A stretch of 63,987 bases of DNA, the filler included, from Nemertoderma westbladi (lineage: Eukaryota; Animalia; Xenacoelomorpha), in assembly GCA_032718475.1 (NCBI GenBank). It is 3 parts of 3 records of this genome, joined end to end, with 100 filler letters (N's around TTAATTAATTAA, not from the genome) between each part and the next. Parts side by side here need not be neighbours in the genome. Positions count along the whole stretch, not along the records: positions 1 to 26,581 come from JAUCBJ010005602.1; 2 more parts are not named here. The stretch is one strand, 5' to 3'. Shown one piece after another: positions 1-13,007 of this stretch. Position 1 is the first letter of the stretch, and each line of letters opens with the position of its first letter. Under the pieces are notes generated by a model. It ran no database searches. It saw nothing but the letters and a program-made list of their open reading frames with translations, and had not been told where the DNA came from. A program made the position numbers and the translations under genes.

Positions 1-3000
1 AGTGAATAGGAAATACGTGAAAGAATATGAATCATAGGGTTGTGTGTGTGTGCGTGTGTGTAATAATCAATAATTATTATAATAAAAAACGCACAGTATA
101 ATGTTAGCGGTGGAAGCCTTTCAATATGGCACAGATGCTGCGGGATCGGTTAGCTTGAGTAACTACTATGGAAATGTTGTTCGTATACGTGTAGCTGGAA
201 CGTGGCGGAATTTCAACACGTATCATAATAGCGTTGGACTACTGGTAGGCTGCTTGGTTGGTTGGATTAATTTGTTTGGCGACAGCCATCGAGGAGTAGC
301 CGTGGCTAGCGGTGGTGGTGGTGAGTTGGCAATCGATATATAATATAATAGCGTAGTGGGGGCTAGCCATGAGTTGAGAAGTTAGGTTACGCGAAGATGA
401 ATATGCGATGGTTGGTTGATGCAACAACGCGAATCAATACTCGCGGGTGGTAACAGTTGTCGAGTAAGGCAGGCATCGCGAGGTTAGGCTACGCGTAGGT
501 GATAAGCAACGATTGGTTGAAGGCAACGACGCGAATCAATATTGATGGTGACAGATGGTCATTAAACACCACGATTTAGCACCGGAATTTGGCATTTTTT
601 AATTGCCTCCGAGATGTGGCCCGTAGCCCAGGCTAGGGAGGAGTGGGTGGAGGGCTACTACTTCCGACACTTACTCTCCAAATACTACAGTATTGTAAAA
701 GTACAAAGAAATAGTTGCATAACATTCTGCGATATAGCGAGATCAAACGTAAATGAACGTATTATAAAGAAAAGTAATGGCAGAAGGCCGAAAATCAAGT
801 AAAGTGTTATTTTATATGCTTATAAAAATACATTATTCTCCATTCTTCAATAATATAACATGATAATAAGTAAAAATAAAGGTAGATTAAATAAAGGCCC
901 ATTTAAAATAAAAGCACTAATGAAAGACGAATCTAAAAATATATTTTAAAGTAAAACCTCAAGAGATTGGATCCATTATCCCCACATGTTTTATCCCGTC
1001 GGGAACTAACTCCTGACATTCTCCCATGACAGGGCGTCACCCACAATAATTTCTTCTTGAAAAGGAAATCACAGAGTTTCTGTCATTTCCACAAAACGAA
1101 TCGGAAAGGTTTTGTTCTTCACATGTTATTAGCCGACCAGTTAGCCCTGCGCTGCAAGGCACCGAGCTAATTTAATTTCAGTTTATTGTCAATGGGTCGG
1201 AGAGAGGGTCCGTCTAATGATATTTGCTCCGGTCCACCCGCCGATGCCCAAGGATGTGTAAGTGATTGACATCGTGGAAAATATGATTAGCATGAAGCCG
1301 GCACGAAGAATAGGAAGCTCGGAACAATTACAGGTCGACTTGTCAGGTTAAACACACGAGGTATGAAACCTAATTACTCCAGGGCCCGTGAGCTGGGGTT
1401 AAAAGGCTACAAATTGGTTTACTCCTGGTGGCACACACACCAAGGACCAACATTAATAACAAGTCGTTATTACAACATGTTCTTGGTCATATAGATAGTC
1501 CTGGTAAATGATTCCTGGTGATTGTTTTACTGAAAACAACCTGTTTTAATGAATTTTTTAATTTAATTTTTTTTGTCTTTTCAATCGTCTAAAATAGATA
1601 TGAAAAACAATTTTACACCAACATAAAGACCTAGACTTCTTTCGTGCGAGTTTAATATTAAAAAAAAACTTAAAATATCATTTTCGGTAAGTGTAGATTC
1701 CAAAATGTAAACAAAAAATAAAATGTGCTGGTATTGTAAATATGCATGCATTTAAAAATCAGAACACTCGGACTCTATCACTCGAATCATCACCATCGAA
1801 ACCGAAAACTTGGGAGTTGACGACATCGTCCGGATAATAAGAACAGGGCTAGGGTGTCCTCGCGCACAGAGATAGTTGCTGCTCACATCACAGGGTATAT
1901 GATAGTAATGATATAATATAATATACGACAAGCCGAATCATGGGGCAGCTGAAGTAATAGTTGGTCGGTAGGTTGTACGTATTCATCGTTTCATCGTTTT
2001 CACGTTGCCATCAGATATATTTATATTTAGTAGGAATAACAACCCAGAGTTAATGACGTTTTACTAAAAAAATAAATTGTTTTTCTATAGGCATCAATCT
2101 CAGTGGCGCAATGATAAAAGCTGCAACTTTAATAACAAACTCTGAGCCAATCTCCCTACCCTCATTAATATTGCATTTTTAATATAAATAAATATGGTCA
2201 CACTTTGGTTTCTTCTTAATAGAAAACCAGAGTGGATACTCTAAATAACCTGTCAATAAATCTATAAGTTATAATTGCTGTTTTATAAGTTGGGATGGGA
2301 GAGGTAATTTTCTTGACCAAATACTAATTAATTATAGACGAATCCTATTCAATGGCTTGCGGTTGTCTTATTTCCGCTCCAAAGAAATTACTCAATCTAA
2401 TAAAATATTTATATTCTGAAGGAGCAGGTTCTTGGCCCATCGCGGTTTGCGCGCGGCTTGTGGCGCCCCTGGGGTGCTCATGTGGACACGGGCAGCGAAT
2501 TAAAATTTAAACCCCGGTTTCAATGCCCATTCACTGTTAGTTTTGCCGCCTAGCGAGGCGACCAAATCTCGCGGATTAAGTATCGAGCGTAGGTAAACGG
2601 CGTCCCAGAGCCCTCTTGAAACCGTCAGTTCTACATTTAGGTAATTGAAGTCCAATAGTCAAGATTGTGGGTCGCGTCGACCGGCACAATCCGCAGGTTG
2701 CAACCTACCGCAACCTTACAGTCCTACAACGCCACAATCCAGAGCAATTGTTCACACACAATGCCGAATAAGGATGCTGTTATCTATTTTTTCAGGCCAG
2801 GCAGCGATTAAATCTCCTTCCAAAGATGGGTTTGGAAAATTACAAGTGGTTAGTGAAGGGCGCGCCGCTAGAATACTAACTTACTACGGCTTGGCTATAT
2901 TATATTTCTTCCCTCTCTGGGTGGTGGTAGAATCCACTCTCGATATGGTCACACAAATACGGGGGGTTACTTACAAACAATCACAGTAATCACACTGACG

Positions 3001-3310
3001 TGGCGCGGGTGGGTGGGGTGGATGCTGAATTGTTGTTGAAAGGAATGATAATGCAGGACTGTACATTACAAGCCGTAAAAACAACACATAAAAATTACGG
3101 CAATATTTGAAATACAAACAAACATATTTTCATAAAAGCAGTACAATAGTAATTGCAGTAGTATAAATTGTATTTGCAAAGTTACGCTTCAAAATTATAT
3201 TGATAAATTATTAAAATAAAGTTTTATTTTAATCTAACTCAATTTAATAGTTATACCTCCTATACACTAATCTTATTTATGATTTATATATTTACCTTAT
3301 TGAAGTTTCA

Positions 3311-6300
3311 TACTAACATTCTAACTCAGTATTACTAACCCAGGGCTGTTATACTAACCTTCTAACTCAGTATTACTAACCCAGGGCTGTTATACTAACC
3401 TTCTAACTCAGTATTACTAACCCAGGGCTGTTATACTAACCTTCTAACTCAGTATTACTAACCCAGGGCTGTTATACTAACCTTCTAACTCAGTATTACT
3501 AACCCAGGGCTGTTATACTAACCTTCTAACTCAGTATTACTAACCCAGGGCTGTCATACTAACCTTCTAACTCAGTATTACTAACCCAGGGCTGTCATAC
3601 TAACCTTCTAACTCAGTATCAATAACCCAGGGCTATACTAACCTTCTAACTCAGTATTACTAACCCAGGGTTGTTATACTAACCTTCTAACTCAGTATTA
3701 CTAACCCAGGGCTGTTATACTGACCTTCTAACTCAGTATTACTAACCCAGGGCTGTTATACTAACGTTCTAACTCAGTATTACTAACCCAGGGCTGTTAT
3801 ACTAACCTTCTAACTCAGTATTACTAACCCAGGGCTGTTATACTGACCTTCTAACTCAGTATTACTAACCCAGGGTTGTTATACTAACCTTCTAACTCAG
3901 TATTACTAACCCAGGGCTGTTATACTAACCTTCTAACTCAGTATTACTAACCCAGGGCTGTTATACTAACCTTCTAACTCAGTATTACTAACCCAGGGCT
4001 GTCATACTAACCTTCTAACTCAGTATTACTAACCCAGGGCTGTCATACTAACCTTCTAACTCAGTATTACTAACCCAGGGCTGTCATACTAACCTTCTAA
4101 CTCAGTATTACTAACCCAGGGCTGTCATACTAACCTTCTAACTCAGTATCAATAACCCAGGGCTATACTAACCTTCTAACTCAGTATTACTAACCCAGGG
4201 TTGTTATACTAACCTTCTAACTCAGTATTACTAACCCAGGGCTGTTATACTGACCTTCTAACTCAGTATTACTAACCCAGGGCTGTTATACTAACCTTCT
4301 AACTCAGTATTACTAACCCAGGGCTGTTATACTAACCTTCTAACTCAGTATTACTAACCCAGGGCTGTTATACTGACCTTCTAACTCAGTATTACTAACC
4401 CAGGGTTGTTATACTAACCTTCTAACTCAGTATTACTAACCCAGGGCTGTTATACTAACCTTCTAACTCAGTATTACTAACCCAGGGTTGTTATACTAAC
4501 CTTCTAACTCAGTATTACTAACCCAGGGTTGTTATACTAACCTTCTAACTCAGTATTACTAACCCAGGGCTGTTATACTAACCTTCTAACTCAGTATTAC
4601 TAACCCAGGGCTGTTATACTAACCTTCTAACTCAGTATTACTAACCCAGGGCTGTTATACTAACCTTCTAACTCAGTATTACTAACCCAGGGCTGTCATA
4701 CTAACCTTCTAACTCAGTATTACTAACCCAGGGCTGTCATACTAACCTTCTAACTCAGTATCAATAACCCAGGGCTATACTAACCTTCTAACTCAGTATT
4801 ACTAACCCAGGGTTGTTATACTAACCTTCTAACTCAGTATTATTACTAACCCAGGGCTGTTATACTGACCTTCTAACTCAGTATTACTAACCCAGGGCTG
4901 TTATACTAACCTTCTAACTCAGTATTACTAACCCAGGGCTGTCATACTAACCTTCTAACTCAGTATTACTAACCCAGGGCTGCCATACTAACCTTCTAAC
5001 TCAGTATCAATAACCCAGGGCTATACTAACCTTCTAACTCAGTATTACTAACCCAGGGTTGTTATACTAACCTTCTAACTCAGTATTACTAACCCAGGGC
5101 TGTTATACTGACCTTCTAACTCAGTATTACTAACCCAGGGCTGTTATACTAACCTTCTAACTCAGTATTACTAACCCAGGGCTGTCATACTAACCTTCTA
5201 ACTCAGTATCAATAACCCAGGGCTATACTAACCTTCTAACTCAGTATTACTAACCCAGGGTTGTTATACTAACCTTCTAACTCAGTATTACTAACCCAGG
5301 GCTGTTATACTAACCTTCTAACTCAGTATTACTAACCCAGGGCTGTTATACTGACCTTCTAACTCAGTATTACTAACCCAGGGTTGTTATACTAACCTTC
5401 TAACTCATTATTACTAACCCAGGGCTGTTATACTAACCTTCTAACTCAGTATTACTAACCCAGGGCTGTTATATTAACCTTCTAACTCAGTATTACTAAC
5501 CCAGGGCTGTTATACTAGCCTTCTAACTCAGTATTACTAACCCAGGGCTGTTATACTAACCTTCTAACTCAGTATTACTAACCCAGGGCTGTTATACTAA
5601 CCTTCTAACTCAGTATTACTAACCCAGGGTTGTTATACTAACCTTCTAACTCATTATTACTAACCCAGGGCTGTTATACTAACCTTCTAACTCAATATTA
5701 CTAACCCAGGGTTGTTATACTAACCTTCTAACTCATTATTACTAACCCAGGGCTGTTATACTAACCTTCTAACTCAGTATTACTAACCCAGGGCTGTTAT
5801 ACTAACCTTCTAACTCAGTATTACTAACCCAGAGCTGTTATACTAACCTTCTAACTCAGTAATACTAACCCAGGGCTGTTATACTAACCTTCTAACTCAG
5901 TATTACTAACCCAGGGCTGTTATACTAACCTTCTAACTCAGTATTACTAACCCAGGGTTGTTATACTAACCTTCTAACTCATTATTACTAACCCAGGGAT
6001 GTTATACTAGCCTTCTAACTCAGTATTACTAACCCAGGGCTGTTATACTAACCTTCTAACTCAGTATTACTAACCCAGGGTTGTTATACTAACCTTCTAA
6101 CTCATTATTACTAACCCAGGGCTGTTATACTAACCTTCTAACTCAGTATTACTAACCCAGGGCTGTTATACTAACCTTCTAACTCAGTTATACTAACCCA
6201 GGGCTGTTATACTAACCTTCTAACTCAGTATTACTAACCCAGGGTTGTTATACTAACCTTCTAACTCAGTATTACTAACCCAGGGCTGTTATACTAACCT

Positions 6301-6967
6301 TCTAACTCAGTATTACTAACCCAGGGCTGTTATACTAACCTTCTAACTCAGTATTACTAACCCAGGGCTGTTATACTAACCTTCTAACTCAGTATCAATA
6401 ACCCAGGGCTGTTATACTAACCTTCTAACTCAGTATTACTAACCCAGGGCTGTTATACTAACCTTCTAACTCAGTATTACTAACCCAGGGCTGTTATACT
6501 AACCTTCTAACTCAGTATTACTATCTCAAGGCTGTTATACTGACCTTCTAACTCATTATTACTAACCCAGGGCTGTTATACTAACCTTCTAACTCAGTAT
6601 TACTAACCCAGGGCTGTTATACTAACCTTCTAACTCAGTATTACTAACCCAGGGCTGTCATACTAACCTTCTAACTCAGTATTACTAACCCAGGGCTGTT
6701 ATACTAACCTTCTAACTCAGTATTACTATCTCAAGGCTGTTATACTAACCTTCTAACTCAGTATTACTAACCCAGGGCTGTTATACTAACCTTCTAACTC
6801 AGTATTACTAACCCAGGGCTGTTATACTAACCTTCTAACTCAGTATTACTAACCCAGGGCTGTTATACTAACCTTCTAACTCAGTATCAATAACCCAGGG
6901 CTGTTATACTAACCTTCTAACTCAGTATTACTAACCCAGGGCTGTTATTCTAACCTTCTAACTCAGT
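3311..6967. repeat. 41-bp tandem array (~89 copies)
   Basis: Unit TACTAACCTTCTAACTCAGTATTACTAACCCAGGGCTGTTA. Recurrent variant units (e.g. GTATCAATAACCCAGGGCTATAC) form higher-order blocks. The right end overlaps the LRR exon end. Confidence 0.98.
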
Positions 6968-7564
6968 GAGACTGCAGTTATTCATTGTAAACGAGTCCAA
7001 TTCTATCTGGCCCTTAAACACTCCGTTCCCATAGAACACAACGGGGGTGTTGCTCACCACGAAGCTACGAAGACTCAGTTTCCCCAAAGTGCCGGAATTG
7101 AGTTCCAACCTTGGGATCTTTAGGTTGGCTATCTGGAGGGTTTCCAGCCCTCCGGAATGGTGGAGCCGGCGTATAGCGTGGAAGGGAAACTCGCCAATTG
7201 TCTCAACACCGATAAACGTTAAATGACTCACGAAGCGGTGGAGTTGTTTACCGTAGAACGCAGAAGAGGCAGTGTGGTTGAGAGTAACGTCTCGAAACGA
7301 CAAACTCTCCAGATTCAATAAACCGCGATTCACTAGGAAGTTATCTTCCAAACTCTGGATGTTGTAGTTGTATAGGAGGAGAGTTTTGGTGTTTCGGGGG
7401 AATGTTTCGGGCAATGACTGTAGTTTGTCTTGGTATTCGGAGACGTCTCTACCGCACGTGACTTCGTCTATGATACAGCTGCAATGCTTGGGACAGGCGA
7501 CCCGGCCAGCTTTAGCTACAGTGAGCCAAACGAACAACACAAGCCCGGTTAAACGGATTGACAT
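6955..7564 (-). CDS. Leucine-rich-repeat secreted/cell-surface protein, first coding exon (signal peptide + LRRNT + LRRs)
   Basis: Hydrophobic signal MSIRLTGLVLFVWLTVAKA, LRRNT CPKHCSC..VTC, LRR motifs (TKTLLLYNYNIQSL, LESLSF, LETLQI, NNCSLTEL). Ends at a putative donor GAAG|GTTAGA. Downstream exons were not identified. Confidence 0.8.
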
Positions 7565-9859
7565 GTTTAAAAGTGAAAGTAAATGGTGTGTGAGTGTGGT
7601 ATTGAAAGTTTGATATTAATCTGAAAGTCTAGCTTTTTATACTTTGACGATATCCGTTTAATGTTTCAACACGCATCTATTATCGTCTATAAATAATGAA
7701 ATAAAATATGTAGTTAATAATAAATTTATTATTAGAAATTAATCAAAAATTAATTATTCGTACAATATTAATATTTTATATACTTTCAATTCAGCATAAA
7801 TTTCGGAATTCTGACAAACATTTGAAAACAATAATATTCTCGAGTCTGAGTATAAGTATAATTTCGTGGTGTTTATATATCATAATATAAAAATTACTTG
7901 AAACTCCAACCCCTTTTTTATGTTAATAACTAAGTTAGATTTTTGCAGTCACTATAATCTTCACATTGAAAGGAGAGAAATAAATGCGGAATCGAATAGA
8001 TTATTACTAACCAGCGCAACAACTGGTGCAGTTAAAGGCGGTCGCCAGCCTGTTGTAATTGTTTTATTGAACGAAATATTTCTCAATGCACAATTAATGG
8101 ATAATTACTTAATAGTTACAAGAAGAATAACATTGATCGCGACCATGTGCAGAAAAGGCGTGTAATCGTTAGGATGGCCATGCTGGCCTCAACTCGCATA
8201 TTGTTACGGAACCGCAGTACCAACGCCAGTCACTGCCGCGTTGGTACCAATAGCTCCCGAGCATGTGCCTTTAATAAGGAACCATGGAAGTTACACGTTG
8301 CAGTAATTATTAGTCAAATTGAAATCAATAAATACACCGACCCTCCATTAAAGGCTGACTTGCAATATATTACTATTTTTGTAGATTCAGTTTTGATTTG
8401 AAAAATTGAGATATTATAATAATAATTCGGTTGCAACATGGACTATATACTAGATAACTTTATGAGGTCCAAATCCCACTGAAGCAACCTGTCTAAAGCA
8501 ACCCGTAAAAGTTATTTTGAAGATGTTATGATTGCTTCTTGAATATGCAATGCACTTAGGCTTTTGTGAAAACATATTAATTTATAAGTAAAATAAAGAA
8601 CTTTAGCTAAATTCAAAGAATCCACCTCATTATTCATTTTGTACTACTGTATAGTAATTAAATTGTGTTTTATCAAATTCTATTATTTTTACAAATACCA
8701 TATTTAACTACCGGTATATCAATTCTGTCGACAGCGCTCACCCACATTAAATATTTCAAAAATAAATAAATACCACTTTAAAAAACCCAATAAGCCAGTT
8801 GCATATTTGGTTACGCATATGCGAGTAATTGACTTTTCAAACTAATAAATACCACTTTCCCAATAACAAATAAGTCACTTGCCCAGTAAGTAGTAAAAAT
8901 TCTCATTAAAATTTAAAATTAATTTTATTCTCCATGTGCAATCTGGTCCAGATTTCTATAATGATTCGGCTGATCCTGATATACCAAAATCTGATATAAT
9001 TGATTGAGCGACTGTCTCATTGGCCAATGACCTGTTGGGAATTTGACAGTTTATTTTAAGAACTAAAAATTGAAGACAAAACCGCATACATACCGAGATG
9101 TATTTCGTAAGTTTCAGTTGCAGATTTGCTATAGAATAGCCTACATGGGAATAATTCGATTCGGATATTAATTAACAATACACTCGGAATCCCATATTTA
9201 TATGAAAATAAATAATATTTTAGATTATTTTAGAAAGTAAACAAGGTAAATTTTATAGGATTATAGCTTCTCGCCGCATGACATTAAGATTTTTTTAAGA
9301 ATTGAAATTAAGAAATTGACCCAAAGTCAAAAAGAAAAAGAGCAGTCGTTTTTGCGTCGTTTTTCCCCTGGAGAGTGGAGAGGGATGCATTTTGATTGCT
9401 TCAAAAGTCCCCCCCCCCCCCCCTCCCCCCTCTTTGATATTTATTAGTATTACTATTTTGCGGAATAATAATTATATTATGAACTCACCGTTTATTCGTA
9501 TACGACGATTAGTCGTTCCACATCAGATTCATTAGAGGGATTCCATCGTTAAAAATAACAACAAAACTGTAACAATAAAACTTTTATAAATACTGAAGTG
9601 CTACCAAAGGATACTATGGTATTAGTAGTCCCACCTATTCCATGATATGCATTGAATAATGAAGACCAGTGATTGGTTCACATTTCTGAGATTCCTATAA
9701 ATTAATAGGGATCTGTCCATGTTCTGATTGGCTGCCCGCCACAGAGCACCAATCTAGTAGAATAATTTGGAAGCTGAAGTTACGTTAGTTACTTACTTAC
9801 TTAATTATTTATTACAACATATTTTTAACATATATTTTTGTGCCGCAGATTCCAACCGG

Positions 9860-11116
9860 CAGTGGCGGAAATCCTGGGGGGGAGAGGGGGACATTGTCCC
9901 CCCCACTTTTTAGAATCGGTGCTAATGTCCCCTCCAAAATTAGTAAAGTCAGTCCATCAATGAGACCCATTGATCCATTATTGGTTAAAATTAATTAACG
10001 CAGTATTTACCTACATAAAAATACAATACATTTTGCAATACACAAAATACATTTTACATTGTAAAATTGGACCTCCAAAAATGAAAGACCTGTATTATTT
10101 GTATAATAATGACATTCTAACCACATTTAAATAGTAAATGTATTTGGATATGTTTTCAACGCTATTGATGCGATTTCAAGTTTGCAAGCAGCTTTCTCAT
10201 ATATCTTTTCTCAAACTCAAGTTATTAGCCAAAATGTAAGAGCTAGTCTTTTTTTGAGAGGCCTTCGAGCAGGACGCTAATTTCAATCGAATAAGGCCCT
10301 TTTCACCAAAAAGGCTCCCAAGGTGCAGATATAAATTAATAAAATTGGCAAATGGTTGTACAGTATAAATATGCTACATATAAATGCTGCAATGCTGTAG
10401 GCCTATATGTTACAGTATATTTTTAGCTATGATAAAAAATTTAGTTGAATTTCAAACGAAATGATAAAAAATTATTTGACAAAGTCATAGTCGAACAAAG
10501 AAAGAAGATATTATCTAAATTAAAGGTAAACTTTGCATTTTCTTAAACTTTATTAGACCCATCGCAGAGAATGTATTTTTTTCTCGAAAAACTATATTTC
10601 TCGAAATCAGTTAATGAAATTAGTTGAAATTTGGAACAGAGCTATCAAGCAATCTTAGCTAAAAATGCTTCATGGGGCCATTTGAGAGCGAAAAGGCCCC
10701 AAAACGGCCCTTTTTGGGGCCTTTTTGTTTATAAAATGGCCACAGCTAAATTTCTGCCATAATTGCTCGATAGCATTGGATGCAACCATGAAATAAACCG
10801 ATTCACCAAATTTGAACTCAATAACAGCAATATTCAGATATTGTTCAAGAAGTAGGCCTACCTTTTTTGGCAAATAGGCCATTTGGCCGCTAAAGTGCTA
10901 TCATGGTGACTTTTTTTTTAAAGAATTTGAATTGTCCATTCCTAAACTTTTCACTAAATTTTAGGCTGCGGAAACATCACAATGAGAAGTAGTTGTATTT
11001 GTGATCATTCGCTACCACACCTCCCCCCCCCCCATCCCCTGTAAATTCAAGTTAGTAAAAAAAAAGTTAATTCTCTTTCTGTCCCCCCCACTATCAAATA
11101 CAGATCTCCGCCACTG
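9860..11116. mobile_element. hAT-like non-autonomous element
   Basis: Termini CAGTGGCGGA...TCCGCCACTG; flanks CCAACCGG / C(G)CAACCGG look like an 8-bp TSD with one inserted base; no ORF. Confidence 0.6.
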
Positions 11117-12532
11117 CGCAACCGGTATATAATATACGCGTTTAAAACGAACATATCATGTTGTGATAAAATTATAAAACAATGATATATACGTCGTAGA
11201 ATTTTACTGTGTACAAAATGTACATCAGCACCTTGCATGATTAGACAATTAGTTTTTAGTTATAATAATGTTTTTTTCTTCATTCAGGTCTCAGTTAATT
11301 TTATAGTTTTGTCTACAAAGTTTATTCCTTTTCTTTAACTTGCCTGAATATTAAATATAATTTTCAACGATTAATGCTTCCTCAAGTGTTTACTTCAAAA
11401 CAAATATTTATTAAAATTTCCATAAAATGTGGTATCCAAAAAATTATTACAGATTAGAAATTTATTTAAATAGCCAATTACAAAAAAGTAACAATTCAAA
11501 AAACAACTGAGTAACACAATAGTGGCGCATATTGCCTGCAAATCATAAAACTTAACTCCAGCGGAAACTGATCCCAAGTGAAATAATGTTTTGTATATTG
11601 TTTTGGTTTTAAAACACCATCACTGTAACCTACTACTTTCCATTGATATTTTTTTAAAATGAAATAAACTACAAATTTTAACCCACTAAACAAACACATA
11701 GTTGGAGTTTGCATTAAATTTGCGTAATTTACTCGAGTAACAAACAACAAAAAATTCGTTGTAAATCAAAAGCTAAAAACTGAATCATCTCAATCGCACA
11801 TCACTTAGATTAATAATAATAATGAAGAATAATTTAATCAATAATTAGCAAGACTATACAGCACGTTATATTATATTAACCCGCCACACGCCACTTGGAT
11901 AACAGCAAGGGTGGCCCTTAAGTTAAGTAAGTGGAAGTGCTGTAAGAACATCTGCTGTTAAAGTCAATATCAATCCAATATTAGAATGAGCCATTGACGG
12001 CGGAACTACGCCAGTCGTCTAAACAACGTAACAATGCCCACCCATCAGTACAATAAACGACATATTAGCTCCAATTTATTTGAGTTTAGGCTTATGAATG
12101 CCTATACGTGCCATGCCTATACGTATAAGTAAATATTTGTGTGAACGTTTAAACACCACCGAATCTATTTTATGTAATTATTATTTAGAAACGCTGAGAT
12201 CAGGGGCGTAGCAGCATTTGTCTTGGGGGAGGGGCAAACTTTTAGAATTAAAAACAGTGTGCCTTAGGCTGTAATATTGATAGTAACAATGTGTTGGCAA
12301 GCTGTGTTTTTCGAGGCGTTTGTTTTTATACATTTATTATAGGAAGGGATCTAGGGGTCTTAACCTCGAATGATAAGTTTATGTTACCGAAAATAACCCA
12401 TAACATGCGTACTTTCTATAATAAATGTATAATAACAAACACCTCGAAAAACACAGCTTGCCAACACATTGTTACTATCCATAATAAAAACCAGGAGCTA
12501 ATAAAATGGCAGCTGGCTTTGAAATTAATAAC

Positions 12533-12590
12533 CTGTGGCCTAGTGGTTGTTGTCTCGGCTACTACCCCGAGGTCTCAGGTTCGAATCCAA
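12533..12590 (+). promoter_or_regulatory. tRNA-derived internal Pol III promoter (A box + B box)
   Basis: A box TGGCCTAGTGG 12536-12546, anticodon-arm remnant CTCGG..CCGAG, B box GGTTCGAATCC 12578-12588; no complete acceptor stem. Confidence 0.75.
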
Positions 12591-12591
12591 C

Positions 12592-12634
12592 ACCACGCAG
12601 ATTAGACCCAGTAAGGTCGAAACGCGTACGTGGT
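12592..12634 (+). ncRNA. Minimal type I hammerhead ribozyme motif with mutated core
   Basis: Stem I ACCACG/CGTGGT, core CAGATTA (consensus CUGANGA), stem II GACC-cagtaa-GGTC, GAAA, palindromic stem III ACGCGT, then A at the cleavage position. Confidence 0.75.
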
Positions 12635-13007
12635 TTAGAGAGATATGAGTTATCAATTTCAATAAAAATTACGCGATTCCTAAATTTGTACACAACCCGG
12701 TCGTACAATTGCACCAATAAAAGATAAGTTATTTTCGGTAAAATAAACTTATGATTCGAGGTTAAGACCCCTAGATCACTTCCTATAATAAATGTATTAT
12801 AGATTGTAATGTCATAATTCAGTGCCCTGGACTCACCCCACATTTTCTACAAATTATACACTTGAGAATGTTTCTACATGAGATTGCATGAAATTTGATA
12901 GAGATAAACCTTCTTACTGGGTAATTCATCATTTTTATTTTTGCCACCTTAGCAGTGTAGTTTTTAGTCAAACATAAAGTGGTTTGTTGGTATATATGGA
13001 ATGATAG

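Larger units (their letters stand above)
12279..12797 (+). mobile_element. Retrozyme/SINE-like unit (~367-bp monomer) with upstream inverted partial copy
   Basis: Direct repeat CTATAATAAATGTAT at 12416-12430 and 12783-12797. 12279-12397 is the reverse complement of 12728-12797 joined to 12431-12479. Contains Pol III boxes and a hammerhead fold. Confidence 0.75.

Noticed and set aside
101-545. Short ORFs and a ~60-bp imperfect duplication (381-441 / 483-541)
   Set aside because: No recognisable motif; cannot be assigned.
12533-12600. Functional tRNA gene (also 40737 and 46012)
   Set aside because: A/B boxes are present but the cloverleafs are incomplete; treated as tRNA-derived repeats.
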